Counted from the first letter of the stretch, positions 32,069 through 40,696 are shown. The stretch is 64,000 nucleotides of DNA from Desulfomonilia bacterium (GCA_963664325.2 CAXXDQ010000004.1:863693-927692), one strand, 5' to 3'. The notes: a model not told the origin generated them from the letters alone. Translations and numbers: made by a program.

Positions 32069-32740
32069 ATGAGTGCAACAGCAGCTTTATTCGACATGGA
32101 CCATACGCTGATCTGGGTGAATTCTGGACACTCCTCCATCGTGCTTGCAAAAAGACTGGGTCTGGTAAACTCAAGCCAGCTTCTAAAAGGGATATATAAA
32201 ATACTGCTCTACAGGCTTGCCCTGCTTAATATAAACGAATGGTATGAAGCTAATATAAGCACGCTTAAAGGCCTCAGTATCGAAGATTTGGATTTTTTTG
32301 CCGGCCTCTGGTTCAACACGATGGTAAAAAAACACCTTTACAAGGAAGGGCTGGAACTGATCAACGAACACCGTGCAAAAGGGCACCGGCTGGCGATTGT
32401 ATCCAACGCCCCGGAATTTTTCGTTCATGCGCTTGCGAGTGCTCTCGATGTCCCTGAAATCATCAGCACGCGTGTCGAAACAAAAGAAGGCGTGCTGACC
32501 GGGAAGCTTATACTTCCGCTTTGCTACGGTGAAGGCAAGCTTGAATACACGTTGTCCTGGGCCCAAGAAAACTCGATAGACCTTGGCAGCAGTTATTTTT
32601 ATACGGACTCGAATTTCGATCTTGCCGTCATGCGTTCCATCGGCCATCCGGTTGCGGTCAACCCTGACTTCAGGCTGAAAAGGCAGGCAAAAATTAACGG
32701 CTGGCCGATATTGAATTTCAGAAAAATCTCAGCGTTTTGA
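32069..32740 (+). CDS. HAD-IB family phosphatase
   Basis: FDMDHTL, IVSNA, GEGK, YTDSNFD, VAVNPD. Confidence 0.9.
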   Translation: MSATAALFDMDHTLIWVNSGHSSIVLAKRLGLVNSSQLLKGIYKILLYRLALLNINEWYEANISTLKGLSIEDLDFFAGLWFNTMVKKHLYKEGLELINEHRAKGHRLAIVSNAPEFFVHALASALDVPEIISTRVETKEGVLTGKLILPLCYGEGKLEYTLSWAQENSIDLGSSYFYTDSNFDLAVMRSIGHPVAVNPDFRLKRQAKINGWPILNFRKISAF

Positions 32741-32759
32741 AATCCCATGGAGGTGAACC

Positions 32760-33863
32760 ATGATGGATTTTGGTTTTTCGCACTGTTACCATCTGCATCT
32801 TTCCCTTTTCCCCTGGGAAGATCTGGCTTTTACGGGAAGGCTTGACAAAGCCTTCAGCCTTATGAAAAAGGCGGGCGCCGTTTCATTCAGGCCGCATGTC
32901 CACTGGAACAGGGTGGAACCGCTTATAAAACCCCCATTTCCAAAGGTGGCTGACATCACCGGTGCCATGGTAGACAGGTATGCTGAAGGCGGTGACGGGA
33001 TTTTCTGGGAAGAGACGGACATCATGGTAAACAAAATGATTGAGCACGGGCTTGATCCTTTTCTCTGCCTCGGGGCCGGATATCTTCACCAGATGCCGCT
33101 TGTATCGGCCGGCCGGCATATCCTCAGGTTTGATCACCATTCAATTCCTGACGAAACATATCTGGGTCGCCTCAGCCTTCATGCCCGTGCTGTTGTGAGG
33201 AGGTACAAGGATAGATGCAGAAGGTGGCAGCTTGAAAATGAGCTCAACGAGGCGGCAGGCACATTTGTTCTGCTTAGATGGAGACTTGGAATCAGGTGGC
33301 TTCATCCCGGCTTCTTAAACAGGGTTATGGCGGTGCTTTATGATGCCGTAAAACAAGAGGACCCCCGTGCACTGACATCCCATAACATGAGCATGTCGTT
33401 TAAGATCATTCCGGGTCTGTATTCCTGGTACAAGGATATTCTCAACTGGAACAAATATATGGATATCATAGGATTCGACCCTTTCCCTAATTATCTCAGG
33501 GGAGAGCCGGTTATGATCGGGAAGGCTTTAAGGAAAATTGTAGGAAAGCTGAGGGCCCTGGGATTGAACAAACCTCTCTATGTACTTGAGGACGGCTATC
33601 CCGCCATGCCCGTCGCGCGCGGTTTTTCCGAGGAAAATCAGAAACTTTATTACGGGGAGCTCCTTGATACCGCTGAAAGGATAAGGCTAAACGGCGTATT
33701 TGCATACTGTTTCAGTTCACAGGAAGGCTCGCCGGGCAACGAGTGGCACAAGCGTATGAAGATACAGGATATTGAAGACTGGTGGGGATTATTCAGGGCT
33801 GACGGAACGCCCCGTCCTGCTTATGATTTCCTGGTTGAAAGGCACAGAGGCCATAATGCCTAG
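32760..33863 (+). CDS. Clan GH-A glycoside hydrolase
   Basis: HWNRVEP, WQLENELN (acid/base Glu), YVLEDGYP (nucleophile Glu), WGLFRADGTPRPAY. Confidence 0.75.
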   Translation: MMDFGFSHCYHLHLSLFPWEDLAFTGRLDKAFSLMKKAGAVSFRPHVHWNRVEPLIKPPFPKVADITGAMVDRYAEGGDGIFWEETDIMVNKMIEHGLDPFLCLGAGYLHQMPLVSAGRHILRFDHHSIPDETYLGRLSLHARAVVRRYKDRCRRWQLENELNEAAGTFVLLRWRLGIRWLHPGFLNRVMAVLYDAVKQEDPRALTSHNMSMSFKIIPGLYSWYKDILNWNKYMDIIGFDPFPNYLRGEPVMIGKALRKIVGKLRALGLNKPLYVLEDGYPAMPVARGFSEENQKLYYGELLDTAERIRLNGVFAYCFSSQEGSPGNEWHKRMKIQDIEDWWGLFRADGTPRPAYDFLVERHRGHNA

Positions 33864-33907
33864 GCAGTTATCCGGGCTCTTTACCGCCGCGTTTGAATAT
33901 CAGTAAC

Positions 33908-34468
33908 ATGCGTATTCTGATAAGGGGTGGCAGCATAGCGTCCGGGCACGCGGTATCGAAAGGATATGCCGGTATCCTGGCGGAAAGATTCGCGCCGTCA
34001 GGCATTGAAATCATGAACAGGTCCCGCTACCGCGAGACAAGCTTTGAGGGAGTCCGGACCTTTGATGAAGACATCGAACCATTCAGGCCTGACATTCTCC
34101 TGCTGAATTTCGGTATCGACGATGCATTTCATCCTGTCTACCGCTCGGAATTCCAGGAAAACCATGTCCAGATAATCAGACGCGCAAGAAAGCTCTTCAA
34201 TCCGCGCATCATGCTTGCGACATCGCATACCTTTGATGACCCTTATGACATGGATGCCGTGAACATATATTACCGTTCGCTTCAAACCGTTTCAAAAGAC
34301 CTTTCCTGCGAGCTTATCCCGGTGCACTTATTCTGGGCCGGTTATATCGCCGATAACGGCCTGAAAAGCTCAGAGCTTAGCCTTTCTGATACCCGGTATC
34401 CCAATCAAGCCGGCCATGAAATTTTTGCAGATATTATTTATTCTTATCTTCTGCTTAAACTCTCTTGA
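33908..34468 (+). CDS. SGNH/GDSL-fold protein
   Basis: RGGSIASG (block I), LNFGIDD (block III), DTRYPNQAGH (block V). Confidence 0.75.
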   Translation: MRILIRGGSIASGHAVSKGYAGILAERFAPSGIEIMNRSRYRETSFEGVRTFDEDIEPFRPDILLLNFGIDDAFHPVYRSEFQENHVQIIRRARKLFNPRIMLATSHTFDDPYDMDAVNIYYRSLQTVSKDLSCELIPVHLFWAGYIADNGLKSSELSLSDTRYPNQAGHEIFADIIYSYLLLKLS

Positions 34469-34561
34469 ATTCAATATTTATGATTTAGGCCAAGATTGAC
34501 ACCCGGCACCCTTAAATGCTAAACCCAGGGCAATGCATGAAATGATCCACAGGACTGAATC

Positions 34562-36493
34562 GTGAGCAGTAAGAAAGCTCAGGAAGACGGGCCTGAAAAC
34601 CAGCGCCAGGAACCCAGGAATATAAGACGCACCGGTCATTTGTTTACACTTGCCATCGGTGCGTTAGGCGTTGTTTTCGGCGATATAGGCACCAGCCCTC
34701 TTTACGCGCTCAAGGAATGCTTCAGGGGATTTCATCCCATAATAGTAAACCCTGTAAATATAATGGGTGTCGTGTCGCTTATATTCTGGTCGCTTACAAT
34801 GGTCGTCAGCGTAAAATACGTCAGCTTCATCCTCCATGCGGACAACCACGGTGAAGGCGGTATATTTGCACTGCTCGGCCTCACATCATCCACCAAGGAC
34901 AGCCGGTTTCCAAAATTCAAGGGAACCATTGTAATAGTCGCCATTGTCGGCGCCTCCCTGCTTTACGGAGACGGGATCATTACCCCCGCCATATCGGTCC
35001 TTTCGGCCATCGAAGGTCTTAGCGTGGCCACTAAGGCATCAGATCCCTTTGTCGTGCCGCTGACCTGCATAATACTGTTCGCACTGTTTATGGAGCAGCG
35101 CCGCGGGACAGCCAGGATAGGGAGCATATTCGGGCCTGTCATGGTTATCTGGTTTGCGGTCATAGCAATACTGGGCCTCATGAATATAATAAAGGCCCCT
35201 GTCATCCTTTCAGCCATTAATCCCATTCATGCCCTGCGGTTTTTTGCAGGCCACCATTTTCACGGAATCATTGTCATGGGCTCGGTGGTCCTGTGCATCA
35301 CGGGAGGCGAAGCGCTTTATGCCGACCTCGGCCATTTCGGAAGGCGGCCGATCCGTCTCTCGTGGTACATGATAGTCTATCCCGCCCTCATATTAAATTA
35401 CATGGGACAGGGGGCATTGCTTTATACGAATTCCACGGTAGCTGAAAATCCATTTTACGGGCTGGTTCCCAGGCCGCTTCTTTACCCCATGGTGTGCCTG
35501 GCGACAATAGCTACCATCATTGCCTCCCAGGCGCTTATTTCCGGGATATTTTCACTGACGCAGCAGGCTGTTCAGCTGGGCTTTTGCCCGCGCCTGAGGA
35601 TCACTCACACATCAAGCGAAAAAGAGGGCCAGATATACATAACCGGAATCAATTACGCCCTGATGATTGCGTGCATCGGCGTGGTGCTGATCTTCAAGCG
35701 GTCAGCCGGACTTGCCGGCGCATACGGCATTGCCGTTACGCTGACCATGGTCATAACCACTTTCATGTATTACATCGTGCTGACTAGGACCTACAAATGG
35801 TCTAAGATAAAAGCACTGCCCATAATTTCCATATTCTTTGTCATCGACATGGTATTTGTCATAGGTAATCTGTTTAAAATAAGGGACGGCGGCTGGTTTA
35901 CTCTGATGATCGCCGCAATAGTCATAATCCTGATGACGACCTGGAAGGACGGCCGGGAAAAGCTTTCCCAGAAGCTGCTGTCCATGAGGTTCCCCCTTGA
36001 CATGTTCCTGAAGGATATAGCATCGCACCCGATTGCCAGGGTCAGAGGAACGTCTGTTTTCATGACCGTTTCCCCGGTCGGGACGCCGCCTGCGCTCCTT
36101 CATCACGTCAAGCACAACCAGGTGCTCCATGACAGGGTAATCCTGCTGTCGATAAAAACCTCAGACATACCGGAAGTCGAAAGGAAAGACCGCATCGCAT
36201 TCACAAGCCTCGGGCAGGGATTTTACCAGGTAATAGCCAATTACGGTTTCATGGAGTATCCGAACATACCCGAAATAATGAAGCTTCTCGGCAAAAAGGG
36301 CATTGATACCGATCCGACGAAGACGACTTATTACCTTGGAAGGGAAACACTCCTTACAGGCGGCGATTCAAAGATGATGAAATGGAGGAAATCTCTTTTT
36401 GCATTCATGTCAAGGAATGCATCCAACCCGACCATATTCTTCGGTATCCCGCCAAACAGGGTTATTGAACTCGGAACACAGATTGAGATGTGA
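34562..36493 (+). CDS. kup: Potassium uptake protein Kup
   Basis: GVVFGDIGTSPLYAL, ADNHGEGG, GDGIITPAISVLSAIEG, GGEALYADLGHFG, GQIYI. Confidence 0.96.
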   Translation: MSSKKAQEDGPENQRQEPRNIRRTGHLFTLAIGALGVVFGDIGTSPLYALKECFRGFHPIIVNPVNIMGVVSLIFWSLTMVVSVKYVSFILHADNHGEGGIFALLGLTSSTKDSRFPKFKGTIVIVAIVGASLLYGDGIITPAISVLSAIEGLSVATKASDPFVVPLTCIILFALFMEQRRGTARIGSIFGPVMVIWFAVIAILGLMNIIKAPVILSAINPIHALRFFAGHHFHGIIVMGSVVLCITGGEALYADLGHFGRRPIRLSWYMIVYPALILNYMGQGALLYTNSTVAENPFYGLVPRPLLYPMVCLATIATIIASQALISGIFSLTQQAVQLGFCPRLRITHTSSEKEGQIYITGINYALMIACIGVVLIFKRSAGLAGAYGIAVTLTMVITTFMYYIVLTRTYKWSKIKALPIISIFFVIDMVFVIGNLFKIRDGGWFTLMIAAIVIILMTTWKDGREKLSQKLLSMRFPLDMFLKDIASHPIARVRGTSVFMTVSPVGTPPALLHHVKHNQVLHDRVILLSIKTSDIPEVERKDRIAFTSLGQGFYQVIANYGFMEYPNIPEIMKLLGKKGIDTDPTKTTYYLGRETLLTGGDSKMMKWRKSLFAFMSRNASNPTIFFGIPPNRVIELGTQIEM

Positions 36494-36500
36494 TCCGGTG

Positions 36501-36516
36501 CGTTATAACTTTGCAT
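36501..36516. repeat. 16-bp direct repeat copy 1 (CGTTATAACTTTGCAT)
   Basis: Exact match to 37936-37951; the pair flanks the hydrolase gene. Confidence 0.8.
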
Positions 36517-36653
36517 CTCTGCTTCATTATCTTGCCCCGTCACTGTGATGTCATTACTGTAAAATGTCCTCGCAAGACTCCGTATTATGATACGCGAAAT
36601 AATGATAAAATTATTAACATGATATTCGCAGGAACCTGCAAAGGAGGCAGAGA

Positions 36654-37943
36654 ATGAGATCGGGACGCATTACGGTTCAAATCGAAAGGGCGTGTTTGTG
36701 CCTGCTGATTGCGGCCGCGCTCATAATATGCCCAGGGTGCGGCTTTTCAAAATTGAAAAAAGACATCTCATTTGTGAAGGGCAATTTCTGCCTGATCAAG
36801 GGGGATGTTGAGCCCCATACCGATACAGTCAAACCCGTCCTGGTCGCCCTGTGGAGGGATAACGACCCTAAACGGACGGTCGTGCGCTACTGGCTGATGC
36901 AGGGCCGGGGAGGCTTCCAGTTTATAGTAAGTGCGCCGGGCGAGTACCGGATGATGGCCTTTGAGGACGAAAACGGCGATATGGAGCCGGACCCTCGGGA
37001 GACGTTCGGCGTATACCCGCAGAATGGCCCGCTGAAGGTAACGCCGGGTCAGACTGTTACTGGAGTCAGGATAATCATGGGCGGTACGGCAAGGGAAAAC
37101 ATGCCCGCCGTCACCGTTAAAACGCTGGGAATGGGTCTGGCTGATACTTTCCCCGGACTCAAGGTCAGCCTTGATGAGGTGACGACTCTGGATGATCCCC
37201 GCTTTTCCCGGGAGAATGCCGATATGGGCCAATGGGAGCCGAGCCGGTTCGTCCGCGAAGTGGGCGGGGGCGTCTTTTTCCTTGAGCCCTATGACCCGGA
37301 CCGCCTGCCGGTTTTATTTGTCCACGGGGCAAACGGGTCTCCGCGGGATTGGCGTTATATACTCGAACACATTGACAGGAAGCGCATTCAGCCGTGGGTG
37401 GCATACTATGCCAGCGGCATGCCCCTGGATATGGCGAGCAAATTTTTTTACCGTTCGCTGACGGAACTGCAGTTAAAATATGGATTCAAGCGGATCTGCA
37501 TTGTCGCCCACAGCATGGGCGGGCTACTGTCTAAAGGCTTCATCAATGAACTGGCAAACCGCAACAGCCCGGTTCTAGTGCCGGTCTATGCGACGATATC
37601 GACCCCCTGGGGCGGGCATGAGGTCGCGGAGATGGGCACAAAGGACGCCCCTGCCGTGGTGCCCTCCTGGTGGGATGTGATACCCGGGAGCCCTTACATT
37701 GAGAAGCTGTGGCAGACGCCGCTGTCCAGGAATACGCGCTATTACATGCTTTTTGGCTTCTCGGGAAAGGAGAGCCTGATGATGAACCGCAACAACGACG
37801 GAGTGGTCACCATAGCCAGCGAACTCGACCTGACGGCGCAGAAGGCCGCCTCTGGGATCCGGGGCTTTAATGAAGACCACAACTCTATCCTTAAATCCAA
37901 GGAAGTGGTGGACTACCTGAACTCCCTATACAGGTCGTTATAA
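36654..37943 (+). CDS. Alpha/beta-hydrolase lipoprotein (lipase/PGAP1-like)
   Basis: Lipobox-like PG-C, VLFVHG, AHSMGG nucleophile elbow, STPWGG, NDGVV, EDHNSIL. Confidence 0.85.
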   Translation: MRSGRITVQIERACLCLLIAAALIICPGCGFSKLKKDISFVKGNFCLIKGDVEPHTDTVKPVLVALWRDNDPKRTVVRYWLMQGRGGFQFIVSAPGEYRMMAFEDENGDMEPDPRETFGVYPQNGPLKVTPGQTVTGVRIIMGGTARENMPAVTVKTLGMGLADTFPGLKVSLDEVTTLDDPRFSRENADMGQWEPSRFVREVGGGVFFLEPYDPDRLPVLFVHGANGSPRDWRYILEHIDRKRIQPWVAYYASGMPLDMASKFFYRSLTELQLKYGFKRICIVAHSMGGLLSKGFINELANRNSPVLVPVYATISTPWGGHEVAEMGTKDAPAVVPSWWDVIPGSPYIEKLWQTPLSRNTRYYMLFGFSGKESLMMNRNNDGVVTIASELDLTAQKAASGIRGFNEDHNSILKSKEVVDYLNSLYRSL

Positions 37944-37951
37944 CTTTGCAT
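37936..37951. repeat. 16-bp direct repeat copy 2, overlapping the hydrolase stop codon
   Basis: Exact match to 36501-36516. Confidence 0.8.
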
Positions 37952-37953
37952 GT

Positions 37954-38074
37954 TCCAATTTCTATTCAAGCGCTGCCTTTGTCGGCTGCGTCGGAATGCT
38001 CCTCGACATACGTAAAAGTATGCCTGCGTCGCTTCCTCCTGGCCTCCTCGGCATCATCTTGAATATAAATTGGA
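37954..38074. repeat. About 120-bp palindromic REP/MITE-like element
   Basis: Terminal arms tccaatttctattcaag / cttgaatataaattgga; apical gacatac..gtatgcc; second copy at 8873-8994. Confidence 0.75.
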
Positions 38075-38095
38075 GATGTTAAAATCTCTTTGCCT

Positions 38096-38250
38096 CGTCA
38101 CTGCGAATCTATAAAGCTGTTAAGCTATTAAGCTTATGAGCTGTTAATCAAAATCTTTATCGCCTTTGATCCTTCTTAACAGCTTATCAGCTCATCAGCT
38201 TATAAGCTGTTTTGTACGCCTCGTTCCTCGGCTGCGTCACTCCTTGACCT
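38096..38250. repeat. Palindromic element containing an 8-nt-period AAGCTGTT-type repeat hairpin
   Basis: Left arm aagctgtt-aagctatt-aagcttat-gagctgttaa (38114-38147); right arm ttaacagctt-atcagctc-atcagctt-ataagctg (38176-38209). Confidence 0.7.
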
Positions 38251-38416
38251 GCTTTGTTCTAACGCCCTGTATCTTTCATTATCCTTTGAACGTTATAAAA
38301 TAATTTTCCGAACATTGGTGCACACTTATTTTATGATATATTTTGTCTTTCCAAATTATATTTATGAATGTAAAATTTATCAAAATTCAAGAAAAAGACT
38401 ACAGGGTATATTAATT

Positions 38417-38423
38417 GTTCGGT
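38417..38423 (+). mobile_element. Core (G/TT) site of first cassette, attI-like or secondary integration site
   Basis: GTTCGGT is the exact complement of R'' ACCGAAC of attC1; AT-rich upstream DNA without attC geometry. Confidence 0.65.
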
Positions 38424-38445
38424 GAAATAATATAGGAGGTAAATC

Positions 38446-38925
38446 ATGAATAAAATAAACCTAAAAAGTTCAAATGAAAATTTAGAGCATCGTATAGAGC
38501 TTCTTACTTTGCTTTTCAATAAAGCAGAGGAGAAAGTTAAGCATGCAGACACATTCAGGCAAAAAAACATGAACTATAGCCTTGTTACGTTTGGCGCACT
38601 TATCACTCTTGGCTTAAAATTCAATGACATAAATTATAGACTCATTATTTCAGGCACACTTTTTGTTCTTATGGTCATCTTTTGTTTATGGGATCGTCGT
38701 TGGCATAAAACAAAGCATGGATGGGATTATTCTGGCCAAGTCTATTATCAAAAAATGGAAGAACTTGTTAACGACCCTACTAAAGATATTTCTTTCAAAT
38801 CTTACTATGAAGAAGGTGAGAAGACAGCCGAACGATTTAAATTCCAGCCATCTGTGTTCTATTTCTTGATTGTTGCATCAGTAATATCGTTCTATTTATT
38901 TAATGCAAAGTGCATCTTACCGTAA
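38446..38925 (+). CDS. Integron cassette 1: small hypothetical membrane protein (3 predicted TM segments)
   Basis: AT-rich, GGAGG RBS, hydrophobic segments, ends directly at attC1. Confidence 0.75.
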   Translation: MNKINLKSSNENLEHRIELLTLLFNKAEEKVKHADTFRQKNMNYSLVTFGALITLGLKFNDINYRLIISGTLFVLMVIFCLWDRRWHKTKHGWDYSGQVYYQKMEELVNDPTKDISFKSYYEEGEKTAERFKFQPSVFYFLIVASVISFYLFNAKCILP

Positions 38926-38926
38926 G

Positions 38927-38983
38927 ACCGAACAAGTCACTTCAGTCGAACGGCTATGCCGGCAGCTGAGCAGTACGTTATCA
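38927..38983 (+). mobile_element. attC site 1 (57 bp)
   Basis: R'' ACCGAAC, 5 nt, L'' ACTTCAGT ... L' GCTGAGC, 5 nt, R' GTTATCA. Confidence 0.85.
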
Positions 38984-39002
38984 ATAGAACGAGAAAGGAT
39001 GA

Positions 39003-39758
39003 ATGTTGATCATTAAGTGTAAAATTTGCGGTGGCAGCGGATCAGTACAGCCCGCCGGTTCATTCGGAATTTTTGGAGACAACAGGAAACCTTGTCCTTC
39101 CTGCAAAGGTGCCGGTGAACTTGACCTGAATGTACCCCAGGAAAGGCTGACAACGTGTAAGTTCTGTGGTGGCCGTGGCATCATCAGGTCAATCGATCTT
39201 GCTATTTTCGCAGCGACGGGGACAGTCTGTCCAACCTGCAAAGGGCTCGGTGTGTTAGAGCGGCCTCAAATTGGTGCTGAAAAGATGACCGTCGCAAAGG
39301 CCGATCAAGAAGGACCGTCTCGTCCGCATGAGCCACAGTACGATATCGCCATTTCCTTTGCAGGAGAAGACAGATCAATTGTCCATCACTATGCCGAGGA
39401 TATTAAGACTAAAGGCCTGAACATTTTCTATGCAGACTTCGAGGAAGTCGACTTGTGGGGAACCAACCTCTACGATACCCTCGATACCGTATACCGTTTA
39501 AAGGCACGTTACTGCGTCATGTTCCTGTCGAAGCATTACGCAGCCAAGGTTTGGACCAATCATGAGCGGCAGTCGGCCCAGGCGAGAGCGCTCACCGAGA
39601 ACAAAGAGTACATCCTTCCGGTAAAGCTCGACAATACCGAGGTTCCGGGCGTTTTACCTACTATCGTTTACTTGGATTACGTGAAGATTGGACATGCAGG
39701 GCTTGTGAAGGCCACACTTGAGAAGCTTTCCAGACACAGAAGCAAAAAGGCTGAATAG
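39003..39758 (+). CDS. Integron cassette 2: DnaJ-type zinc finger fused to a TIR domain
   Basis: Four CxxCxGxG repeats; TIR motifs YDIAISFAGEDR, FLSKHYAAKVWTNHE, YILPVKLD. Confidence 0.85.
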   Translation: MLIIKCKICGGSGSVQPAGSFGIFGDNRKPCPSCKGAGELDLNVPQERLTTCKFCGGRGIIRSIDLAIFAATGTVCPTCKGLGVLERPQIGAEKMTVAKADQEGPSRPHEPQYDIAISFAGEDRSIVHHYAEDIKTKGLNIFYADFEEVDLWGTNLYDTLDTVYRLKARYCVMFLSKHYAAKVWTNHERQSAQARALTENKEYILPVKLDNTEVPGVLPTIVYLDYVKIGHAGLVKATLEKLSRHRSKKAE

Positions 39759-39809
39759 TCCGGCAATCCAGCCGACTCGTTACACTCGCGGCCGATTTTG
39801 TTGCTAGAG
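39753..39809 (+). mobile_element. attC site 2 (57 bp) with mutated core triplets
   Basis: GAATAGT, 5 nt, AATCCAGC ... GCCGATT, 5 nt, GCTAGAG; AAC/GTT replaced by AGT/GCT. Confidence 0.7.
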
Positions 39810-39823
39810 CCTAAAAATCACTG

Positions 39824-40693
39824 ATGAGCGACTATAAGGAAGTTAATAGAAACATCTCAAAGCTGGAATCTATGGTTCCAGGGCTTTTCGATTTCGGCAA
39901 GCCGGATTGGAAGGCTGTATGGAATCAAATACGAATCACCGGGCAGGGTTTCAAAGGATCAAGATTCCCTACAAAGGAAGAACACGAAAGTGCGTGGAAT
40001 AGGTTTCAAAATCTGGTTTCTGAAGTTAAAACCCAGCAAGCACAAAATCAGAAGAGTTGGGAAAAGAAGAAAGACGAGTCTGAACGCCTAAAGGATATGA
40101 TTGTATCTTGTGCTAGGTCTGCAAGGCCATACGACAGCGGGCTTGCTGACGTAATACTCACAATAGCAACAGGGGGTGCAATTTCACTGTTAAACGCAAT
40201 CATGGGCCCTTTCGACGAAGAGAAGCAAATGCTTGTGTCCTGCAGCGAACGTCTTCAAGAAGGATGGACGCTACTGCGGGACAACAAAGAAAAGATGCTC
40301 GGGAAAGACAAAGGGATTGCGTTTGAAGCGCTGAATGAAACCAAGGAAATTCTTGACATAAGATGGGATCGGTACAAGAGGGAGCGTCAACGGGCTTGGG
40401 ATGAATACCAGCGCGAACGTTCGGATAGGCGCCACAATTGGGAGCAAAAAATAGAATCCAATATCAGCGCCTTGGAAGACCGCCGAGAAAAGCTGAACGG
40501 GGTACTAGTTCATAAAGAGCGGCACCTTGACGAGCTTTACGACAAGCTCAGAGAAGCATGGTCGGATGATTTTAGATCGCGGGTTTCTGATTGGATATCA
40601 GAGGAAGAGTCAAGTATTAGCGATATCAAAGAAAAGCTGAGAAATATCGAAGATTGGATATATGAAAACAAGGACAAGCTTCGCTCAAGATAA
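39824..40693 (+). CDS. Integron cassette 3: helical coiled-coil protein (DUF349-like repeats possible)
   Basis: Charged helical composition, repeated W..F/R motifs (FPTKEEHESAWNRFQ), one hydrophobic stretch VILTIATGGAISLLNAIMG. Confidence 0.7.
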   Translation: MSDYKEVNRNISKLESMVPGLFDFGKPDWKAVWNQIRITGQGFKGSRFPTKEEHESAWNRFQNLVSEVKTQQAQNQKSWEKKKDESERLKDMIVSCARSARPYDSGLADVILTIATGGAISLLNAIMGPFDEEKQMLVSCSERLQEGWTLLRDNKEKMLGKDKGIAFEALNETKEILDIRWDRYKRERQRAWDEYQRERSDRRHNWEQKIESNISALEDRREKLNGVLVHKERHLDELYDKLREAWSDDFRSRVSDWISEEESSISDIKEKLRNIEDWIYENKDKLRSR

Positions 40694-40696
40694 TGA

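Noticed and set aside
34470-34561. c-di-AMP (ydaO) riboswitch upstream of kup
   Set aside because: The region is short and lacks the conserved paired GGGG/CC and repeated GAAUC architecture.
38101-38212. Possible CRISPR array
   Set aside because: Units are 8 nt with no unique spacers, and no cas genes are present.
38257-38298. Additional attC (TTCTAAC ... GTTATAA)
   Set aside because: Only 42 bp, with no complementary L boxes.
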